Assembly (NCBI GenBank): GCA_012295275.1
Contig: CM022665.1
Coordinates: forward strand, 40,734,001 to 40,798,000
Origin: Chrysomallon squamiferum
Taxonomy: Eukaryota; Animalia; Mollusca
Direction of reading: 5' to 3'
DNA length: 64,000 nucleotides
Shown here: positions 13,288 through 22,717 of the stretch, one piece after another
Position numbering within the stretch: position 1 is the first letter of the stretch
Layout: every line of letters begins with the position of its first letter
Made by a program: the position numbers and the translations under genes
The notes under the pieces: model-generated
What the model was told of the DNA's origin: nothing
Database searches by the model: none
The model's input: the letters and a program-made list of their open reading frames with translations, nothing else

Positions 13288-15201
13288 AAAAAAGACATCT
13301 CCAAACTAAACCCAACATAAATCAAACATCAGCCGACTTCTTCTTTCCCTTCTGCCAATGCATGATGTAATGGCTACCATAATGCTTTGAAAAACAGTAG
13401 CATATCAATCAGTGTAATAAATGATTTGAAGAGGACCTCTATGACACGACTCTCCCAGAGTGTCTGTGTGAGGCACAATAACACACATTACAAACTCTGC
13501 CTAATGAATAAAAATCTAATGTCAAGATTGCCAGTCTGATAGACAGCGAGGCATTCAGTCATGCAAAAAAAAAAATGATGGGATATTTGTGAATGTGAAA
13601 CAATCTCTAGTGAAACTGGATAAAGAAAACTTATGTAAATTACACATCACAGATTTGATGTGGAGGGTTTTTTAAAAAATAAATAGTTACTGATCTGTAA
13701 ATGTATGCTTTTGTCATTTTTTTTTTTTATATATATATTGTGTATGTATGTGATATATTATGTGTTATGTATACATTTCTCTCTGTGTGTGTGTGTGTGT
13801 GTATCTATATCTATTAATATATATATATATATATATATAATGAGTGTCACTGGGTGTGTGTCACTGGATGTTGATATTATTACATTTTATAATTTTATAA
13901 TTTTATTATTATTATTATTATATACATATATAAATGGATACTCATATTTCATTTTATTACAGCAACATACATATTTCTGTGAATGTTATTATGAAAATTG
14001 TATATATATATATATATATATCATAAACAGCCCATGCACTTCTACATGCAGATAAATTAATGAAAAACAAAATACAAAAACATGAAGAAAAAAAAATTTA
14101 ACTTTGTAGTCTCGTAAAACATATATCAATCTTTAATAAAGTAAAAGCATATTGATTTTTGTTTTTAAATTTCAGCTTTTGCAGAGAAACATTTTATCTG
14201 AAAATACTATTACCTTTTTCTTTCTTTCTTTTTTCTGAGGTTAAATTGAAACTGGTGAACACTGAAAGCAAATATCAATTTTCCAGATTTTTCTTTTAAT
14301 TATATTGTTTGGGTTCTTTTTGTTGTCTACAAAAACAAAACAACACAACAAAATAATAAAATTAAGTTAAAATTAAACAAGAAGTTTCTTTTTTATATTT
14401 TTTTCCATCTCTCTTTTAGTTTCTTGCTTTATAATATTATTTACATCATTTGTATGTATGCATGTATATATGTATATCTATATTTGTGTGTGAATAAATT
14501 ACAAATATCTTTACTGTTTTATCTTCTGTTTTAAACTAAATTAAAAATAACCATTGAAAACAAAATCATACAAAATGTTCACTAATAAATAGATGGAGAG
14601 ACAAATGGATATTCTGAATGATAACAAATAACAAAAGGATGAACAGACAAACTGAACGAACCTTTACCAACAACGCAGAACGAAAAATAACTGAATCTAG
14701 ACGAACAAATAGATCATCCTTAATGTTTTACACCAACCATTAATACATCACTAAAACTAAAAGCTTTCTTATTTAAAAATAAAAGTACTGAACTTAATTT
14801 TACACATCAGTGGTCAGATAACAATATTTTTTTTGTAACATGAAATCTGGGTTTTGTCTTCAGTCTTGTGTGGGTATAAGAAGATTTCCAGTTTACTGCA
14901 GATTCTGTTTAATTCTCGGGCTCAGTTACACTAAAATTATGATGATTTCAGTGTGTATCATATTATCATTTCTTACAGAAACTAGTCTTAGTGATACAGT
15001 GATCAAACCATTAAAAACCTGGATGGTCTTGGAATCATAATATATAACCAGCCTCAACCAAAAGAACATTAATTTCTTCTTTCTAACTGACATTCTAACT
15101 TACTAACACTAACATTGTTAAAGGTCAGATGACACACACTCCTTAATTATAACATTTATATGTCCAAGAAAGACAGTCTCCATTCTTTACAAAAATAATA
15201 A

Positions 15202-15232
<31 letters not shown>

Positions 15233-15698
15233 AAAATCTATACTCTTAACAATCCAGCATTAAAAACCAAGGTAACTTTAAAAGTGACATAAAACTGTGT
15301 TTCTCTATTTGTTAATAAAATATTTGGTCATGTAATTTGTCTTAACTGCAGACAATTTCATGCTTGGGTTTTCTGTGATTGCATGCATGTTTCAAACAAC
15401 TGATTGTTAGGGATACCACAAACACACTGCCTTAAACAAATCCATCAGGATTTAAGCTTCTCTGCTGTAGCCATCATGAATCTGAATACTACAGAATTAA
15501 CAAAACTGTTATCTTGCTAAAAGTGATCGATTTAAAACATAAAGAACGGATTTGTTCAGGATAGACAGAAAATAAAATCTGAATCAATTTTCAAGAAACG
15601 GTAATGACTGATGGTTAAAAACAACTGTTAAATTTGACTAGAATTATTACCGACAACATATCCAAATGAATCTGATATTAAAAAAATACATAAAAATA

Positions 15699-15743
<45 letters not shown>

Positions 15744-17589
15744 AATAAATTAATTAATTAATTAAAATATTTACATTTTATATTTTAGATATATCGTACA
15801 AAATCAAACCTGTACAGACAGGATAAATAAACGGAAAATACACCAACACATGACTTAATGATGAAATCCTGTATTAATATCATCATCGTCACCATCATCA
15901 CAGTCATCATCATCATTATTATTATATAATAAAACTTACTTACTAGTCCTTTAGAAAAAAATGAAAATATTTATTCAGTGAGACTGTGTTAAGTGGCTGG
16001 TTTCTACTTATTGAATAAACAAATATCATCTGCCATCTTTTTAACCACACAAAAATACTTAGTCATGTACTTCTGAGTCGTGACATTAGTCAGTGACACA
16101 AGTGTAACTTGAGAACCCACAGATAAATGAAAATAGGAAGAGATAATATCTGATACTAACACCCAACTGTATGGAGTATGTTTCATGATAGACGACTGTA
16201 TAAGTAACTACCATGTGCTGGGTAGATGCATCCGATTTCAAATTTTTATTAAAAGGTCTGATGGAAGTGATATCAAATGCTTTATCCAGTTTAGTTAAGG
16301 CCCCATAGAGATATAATTATTTTAAGGTCAAACAGAGAGAAAATATTGTAAAAATTGTTATCTGTGTAATCTTTATCGACGTTTAATATAATTTAAATTT
16401 TTATAATCATGTTGATACTAATGATATACTGGTATGTGCATTTTGTTTAAAAAATAAAAATTAAAATAAAAATTAAAATTATTTATATATATTAAGATTA
16501 AAGATTTACATATCTATTATTAAAAAACCAAAGATGATGATTAGAAAGAAAAACTTAAATATAAGATAAATATAAACATCTTGCATGTTATCTGAAAAAG
16601 AAATCTTACAAAATATTCACAGAGAAATGAATACTCATGGATGGATAGACTGATACACAGAAACAATTTTAAACTTTTTAACATTCAACAGAACTGTATC
16701 ACGCAAATCTCCATGTCACACAAACATATTTTCTTTTTCTTTTTTATGTTAATTAAGAAGCTCTTTGGTACAGAACTAAATACCATTACAAAGAGTGGAT
16801 CCTGATTATGATTATATCTGGTATCACAGAAGACAAGAAGTATCATTCTCCTCTCTACTGACATTATTTCAAAAACATAAGAAGTCAATTAGTCTCTTCT
16901 ATTCAATGAATAACAAAACAAAGAATAGCTAGCTGCAAATACGTAGCCACAGTTATCACTCTGGCAAATACTAATCTTTATGACAAATGGTTAAACATCA
17001 TACTAAAAAGACTTGTTTGTTCTAGGATCTGATTCTGGCATCAAAGCTTACTGAAGAACTAACTATAAGACTTTTACATTTTAATTTTTCTCCTAATTAA
17101 TACTCTTACATGCTACACATCATGGTAACAATTCAGGTTCTTGGACTGTGAAAGTAAGTGTAGGAATGTTTGAATGATTGATTGAGTGACTGTGATACAC
17201 TCTGAATTATTTATTTCCAGTACACCTGAGTGTGAGATACTTGAATCATATCACCTCTTTCTTTCTTTTCATCCTGATATAACAACATTTTGACAAGACT
17301 ATTATTTATAATCATTCGAACATATATGGAACCAGTTTTAAGATTTTATGCCCCCACTACCCCCAAAATATACATATATTTTAAATTAATGTAAATAAAT
17401 TATAATTTGAGGAATTAATCATTTTAAATTTTAACACCAGTAATGGATTGGTTTTGTTAATATTGCTGCCAGGTCAGGTGACACTAACACAGAGTAGATA
17501 ACATAAAATATTTATAAAAGAGTTTTCTCACATGATATGCCATGGTGAATGTTATCTCTATGGAATATCCAGAAATAAACTGTACCACA

Positions 17590-17990
17590 GAGGTAAAGCG
17601 TTCAATTCTTGTAAGAGTAAATTGTTCAATTCTTGTCAGGGTAAATAGGTTCAATCTTTTCATGGTAAAATGTTAGGTCTTTTCAGGGTAAAACATTCAG
17701 TTTTCTCACGATAAAATTTTCAATCTTTCAGGATACAATGTTCAATCTTTTCAGGGTAAAATGTTCAACCTTTTCAGGGTAAAATGTCCAGTCTTTTCAG
17801 GATAAAATATTCAATCTTTTCAGGATAAAATATTCAATCTTTTCAGGATACAATGTTCAATCTTTTCAGGGTAAAATATTCAATCTTTTCAGGGTAAAGT
17901 GTTCAATCCTTGTCAGATAAAGTGTTTAATCTTTGACTGTAAGTATTCAACAGCTGTTAAGGTACAATGTTCAGTCCTTATCAGGGTATG
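17590..17990. repeat. 20-21-bp minisatellite
   Basis: Unit about TTTTCAGGGTAAAATGTTCAATC, most homogeneous at 17720-17900. Confidence 0.9.
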
Positions 17991-17992
17991 TA

Positions 17993-18220
17993 ATGGGCTG
18001 TTTCTCATTTCAGCCAATGGCCCACAAACATGTATCAAAAGCCATGGCATGTACTTTACTCTGAAATCTTATTGATCCATTTGCTAATCAACAACAGCAG
18101 CCTGTACAACAAAAGCGGTGTGTTTTATTTGTCAGATATCATCATTACCCAAAATAGCTGTGTCTGACACCTAATAACCATTAACATCAAAGTTTGTTAC
18201 GATGTCAATAAAAAAAACAC
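17993..18220 (+). mobile_element. Degenerate MetaSINE-like element (core and 3' tail)
   Basis: ATGGGCTGTTTCTCATTTCAGCCAATGGCCCAC...TATCAAAAGCCATGGCATGTAC...GATCC...TTGCTAATC...TGTCTGACACC.AATAACC resembles, from recall, the molluscan MetaSINE core GGGCTATTTCTCGTTCCAGCCAGTG...ATCAAAGGCCGTGGTATGTGC; A-rich tail. Not verified by a search. Confidence 0.6.
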
Positions 18221-18809
18221 TGGCTCACACATTCTGCCATTCAGATAGCATGTGAAAGCTCCAAAATAAAACATTTTAAAAATATTTTTATTATTTTATT
18301 GTATTCTGTTACCAGTTTACTAACTTCATTAAGGAAAGATAAATAAGCAGTATTAATTTAAATGTAGGACATAGTTTTTATTTCATTCAAGGGTTCATAA
18401 GATTTCATAAAAGTAAGAGAAAATCTAAAGCTAACTGATTCGTTAAATATTTGTACAGTTTTAGAATGAAAATATATACACACACAGGCACAAACACATA
18501 CATACATACACAAACACACTAACAAACATGGAATTAAACACATTTCTAAATTAATGTGAATTATCAGAATCATATGAAAATGCTTCTGACCACATTGAGA
18601 TTTTCCTAACAAAACTTATTGATAGCTGATTGGCCTGTGGAAGAAATGATGGGCAATGTTATTTACAGGGTTTTATTGTTGTTGTTGTTTGTTTTTTGTT
18701 GGTTTTTTTCCAGTTTTTTTTTGTGTTTTTTGTGTGTGGGATCATTTTTTAAATAACAGAATAAACAAATACTTACATATTTGATGTTGACATCTATATT
18801 ACATATTAT

Positions 18810-20699
18810 CTACATCAGGTCTTCATCACTGGAAAGTGCTTCTTCCCTAGCAGATGGCTGACTAAATTCTGTAGCTGATGGTTGACTAATTTCTGCAATG
18901 GATGACTGACTAACTTCAAAAACAGATGCTTGACTAACTTCAGCAACAGACGACTGACTAACTTCAAAAATCAGTTCTTCACTAACTTCAGGAATTGATG
19001 CTTCACTAATTTCAGTAACCGAGGCTTGACTAACTTCAGTGGGTGGAGGATGTTCTGTGTTGGTGTCTGGATTGTCACTTACTGACCTGGCAGCTGATGA
19101 TGAACTCAGCTGACTTGAATGGCTGGAGGAAGATGACAAAACAATGTCTATTTCGTGCCCTCCACTAGGACTAATACTGCTAATGTTGACAGTCAGAATG
19201 TCTTCTTCCAAAGGAATTTCATGTTCCTCTTTTGCATAGATGGGTCTGGGCAGGACCTGACAAGAGCTTTTCCCATCAGTCACACTACTGTCCTCTGGAT
19301 TAAGGTTTTCTTCAGGAAACACGGCCCAGTTTTCTGCTTCAGAAACTTCTATTTCTGTTTGGAAATATAACAGTTTGGGTATTTTTTCCTTTCCTTCAAT
19401 TGGAGCATTCACTTCAGCAATTTTAGGATGAGTCGAAGGAGAAATTGTAGGAGGAATGAGAACTCTCCTGGGCGAAGAAGGTATGATTCCAGTCTCGTCT
19501 ACAACCAGTGCTGAACGCGTGCGACTGAAAAGAATCTCTTCATTGAACTCAAAAACTGATTCAGATTCATCAGAGCTAACTGAAACATTCCTCTCTGTTC
19601 TCAGGGGTTTTGATTTGATTGAGAACTCGTCCGGTGGAAGTGTGATTTTCAACTTTTCTCCTAAATGAAGAGTAGGAGACAGAGGAGAATTCTCTGGTGA
19701 ACTGAGGACACTGGTGTATTCGTCAAGGGTAACAACACTAATGGGAGTTGTGCTTCGGGGGCGAGCAATTGGAGATGTTTTAACTTGCTGCCTTCGTAAT
19801 CGGTTTTCATATGCCTTTCTCTTCGATGGTGAGGTGATGGTGGATGGATCTACCAGTTCTGGAGATAAAGTTAAAGGACTCTGCACAGGGTGGGAAGGTT
19901 TGTCACTGACATGTTCATTTTCCTTAGCAAAACTCTTTTGGACTGGTTGGGTCTTTTTACCTTGGGAAATTTCAAAATCTGATTCTGAATCTGATGATGA
20001 AAAAGAAGCTGTTCTTTGAAGTTGTGGAATATCTTGGTTTGGTTTTGGTGGTGGTGGTATGAAAACAGTCTCAACTTTTCTTCCCTCACTACTTATTTCT
20101 GACAAGTTGCCACTGACATTGCCAGGGTATGGTTCATGTCTGATGTAAACATAATTGTCTGTTTCTTTTTCATAGTCACAACTTGCACAAGCCTGGTTTT
20201 CATTGCATTTATTCTGTAGAACATTGACATCTTCTTGCTGAACACTGGAACTGTCTTCCTTTACTTTCAGCTTGCTGTTACTTTTAACTTTTTTGTTATC
20301 TTTGTCTTTTTTCTTTTCACTTTTTGATGACTCTTTCTTCGAACTTACTTTACTTTTGTCCTTTTTTGGACTTCCTTTCCTTTTATCTGGTTTTGGTGAA
20401 TCCTTTTTAATTGCATCTTTCCTCTTATCAAACTTGAAAAATTCTCTTTTTGGACTTGGTTTTTCAGGCTTCACTGCCTCTGGCTTTGGCTCTTCTTCTT
20501 CTTTAATACAACAGTTATCATTCTCATTCTTCACTGTAATGTTTGTTTCCTCAATAATCTCCTTGTTACATCCTCGCACAGACACATTTTGATGGACTGA
20601 CTTATTTGGCAAATCATCTCCAAGATCAATAGTATCAAACGTTGCTAGAGGTGCTCGGATAAGGAAACTGTCCTTCTGAAATTCTGGAGATTTTTGCAT
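18810..20699 (-). CDS. Uncharacterised single-exon, S/E/P/K-rich, probably intrinsically disordered protein, 629 aa (MQKSPEFQ...EDLM)
   Basis: 1890-nt uninterrupted ORF in AT-rich DNA, with coding-like composition. First in-frame ATG after the upstream stop is at 20699 (context GCGATGC); the ORF track begins 9 nt earlier at a TTG. It lies in a candidate exon 20799..18777. I recognise no globular domain. Confidence 0.82.
   Translation of the reverse strand: MQKSPEFQKDSFLIRAPLATFDTIDLGDDLPNKSVHQNVSVRGCNKEIIEETNITVKNENDNCCIKEEEEPKPEAVKPEKPSPKREFFKFDKRKDAIKKDSPKPDKRKGSPKKDKSKVSSKKESSKSEKKKDKDNKKVKSNSKLKVKEDSSSVQQEDVNVLQNKCNENQACASCDYEKETDNYVYIRHEPYPGNVSGNLSEISSEGRKVETVFIPPPPKPNQDIPQLQRTASFSSSDSESDFEISQGKKTQPVQKSFAKENEHVSDKPSHPVQSPLTLSPELVDPSTITSPSKRKAYENRLRRQQVKTSPIARPRSTTPISVVTLDEYTSVLSSPENSPLSPTLHLGEKLKITLPPDEFSIKSKPLRTERNVSVSSDESESVFEFNEEILFSRTRSALVVDETGIIPSSPRRVLIPPTISPSTHPKIAEVNAPIEGKEKIPKLLYFQTEIEVSEAENWAVFPEENLNPEDSSVTDGKSSCQVLPRPIYAKEEHEIPLEEDILTVNISSISPSGGHEIDIVLSSSSSHSSQLSSSSAARSVSDNPDTNTEHPPPTEVSQASVTEISEASIPEVSEELIFEVSQSSVAEVSQASVFEVSQSSIAEISQPSATEFSQPSAREEALSSDEDLM
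18846..19037 (-). repeat. Coding 24-nt (8-aa) tandem repeat, 8 copies
   Basis: EVSQASVT EISEASIP EVSEELIF EVSQSSVA EVSQASVF EVSQSSIA EISQPSAT EFSQPSAR. Confidence 0.9.
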
Positions 20700-21090
20700 C
20701 GCCAGCAAAAAACATTTGAAAGCAACCTTAGATATTCTCTAATAAACTTCTTCCAGTAAATCATCAACATATAACTGTCCATCCATGGGATTACAATAAC
20801 TGAAGCAATGAAGTAATGAATAACTAAATAAGAACTGTCAGTGTCTTGATTGTATTTTATATGATTTGAAAAAAAAAGTCATTTGCCCAAGTCATCATCT
20901 TGATAATTATAATTATTATCACGGAATTGTCACTTACTAGATGAAATCCCAATGTGATATGCTATAAATAGCTCAGCAACTGTGATCTATAAATGATATG
21001 CATTGTTAAAATTGGTAATGAATATAGGCCTGCAGTCAGAAACGAAAAGGTCTTAGAAGTCAGTCAAAAACTTAACAACATCCAACCTAC

Positions 21091-21360
21091 CGCCTACAAA
21101 AGCCCGAATTTGGCAATCAATCAATGATCCAATATTCTCAAGAAGAACTTGAATTCTATATGCATCGAGACCAACACCACGGAAATGGTGTTCGATGCCA
21201 CGCTAGAGACTATTAATCGATATTCTCTTCCAAGACTTTCTTTCCTTGAACCATTTTTGTTTACGGAAGTGAGGTAATCGCGTAGTTTCGTTTTTCGAAG
21301 ACGGATGTCCAACTATTAAAACCATCATTATATAGTAATACTGAAAGTGTTACTATACGA
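21091..21360 (-). promoter_or_regulatory. CpG-rich promoter / non-coding first exon of the minus-strand unit
   Basis: Local CpG cluster in otherwise CpG-poor DNA; ETS-like ACGGAAGT at 21263-21270; minus-strand donor CG|GTAGGT at 21091/21090 pairs with the acceptor TTCATTGCTTCAG| at 20800. Confidence 0.55.
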
Positions 21361-21869
21361 GCAGCCACAATAATTTCACAAACATTACTTGATTTAGAAT
21401 ATTTTTATTTATTCATTTATTCATATGTTTATTTATTTATTGCAGTTGACTATTTTTAAGTAACTTGTCGTTTTCCAACAATTTTAATAGTTCATAAGTT
21501 TATAAATGAATTTTAAAACTGTCATTTAAAAAAAGAAAGAAAATAGAAACACTAAAAGATAGAAAATATTAAAGCATTCCATGTGGAATTTAGATGTGGT
21601 TACTTGTTATTATTGTTAATGGACTATATGTATTCTTATCATTCATGCAATGCAGTTATGAAGAACTAATAACAAGCCTAAATTATTCCAGCTCATCTCA
21701 ATAAATTAAAATACTTTAATTAAACTATGAGATTATGCAGATGTTTGAAAACATCTTTAAGTAATAAATTATACTGATTTAAAAAAAACCCACAAAAAAT
21801 GCAAAAAAATACATGCTATATATAAAATACAGAAGTGACTTAAATATAATTATTTACATCTGATTGTTA

Positions 21870-22290
21870 CAATCGTTTACGTTTCATTTGACAAAGTTTG
21901 ACGTATAGATACTAGCTTCTCACGGAAACAGCCGACTCTCTTTTTCCATATCTCCGAAGCTTCACCAACGTGACCAGGATAAACAAATTCATTCAATTGT
22001 GAGATTTGATAACGGTTTAAAAGGGCTTGTGACAGAGGCGCTGAAATTGAAAGTTAGGCGTGACATAGTATTATGTAAATTATCTTTCTTCATCTGACAT
22101 TATAATGATGTTATGTCTCGATGTATTTTTTATTACTCAAATATGTTTCGACGGGCACCTGCTCCAGTACTTGCAGTCCGGAAATGACCTTATTAATAAT
22201 TAAGTTCTTAAAGTTGCAGTAAGCCTATTGCAGTTAATCACTGCACCGAACCATTAAAACTAAAGTTTATGAATATGTCACGGACAGACT
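21870..22290 (+). promoter_or_regulatory. CpG-rich promoter / non-coding first exon of the death-domain gene
   Basis: CpG cluster; ETS motif CCGGAAAT at 22178-22185; donor CA|GTAAGC at 22219; acceptor AATTGCAG| at 22648 ahead of the ATG at 22718. Confidence 0.5.
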
Positions 22291-22717
22291 ACTGTGCATG
22301 TTTTTATTTAACAGCAGAATAAAATAATGTTATTGGCTTGTAAAGTAAAGATAGTGGAAGATGGTAAAGAAATAGTCATTTAATATCATAAGTATTAAAA
22401 TAAACTGTAGCTTGAAATTGAATAAGATGAACAATTCCACATTTATGGTACATAGTAATATCCCAAAATACTTGAGATAACCAGTTTAATTTATTATTTT
22501 TAGTGGATTTTAGATATTTTGGTTTAAAAAAACAAAACAAAAAAACATTGATTAGTTAGCATTATATTTAACTTGCAAGCTAAATAATTTATTTATTAAT
22601 ATACTTTTATAAATGATTAATAGATAATTAGATCTGATATAATTGCAGGATGTGCCATTATGGAATGGAGCAGAAACAGAAGGAAACTTCAACAGATAAT
22701 TTTCAATAAAATTTGAC

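Noticed and set aside
17590-17990. CRISPR-like regular repeats (also 2255-2880 and 10750-11030)
   Set aside because: Head-to-tail degenerate units with no unique spacers, no cas genes, and a eukaryotic context.
18810-20699. Naming the long ORF as stonin or LBH
   Set aside because: Only one WxxF motif and no mu-homology domain; resemblance to LBH is limited to PPDEF and is too weak.
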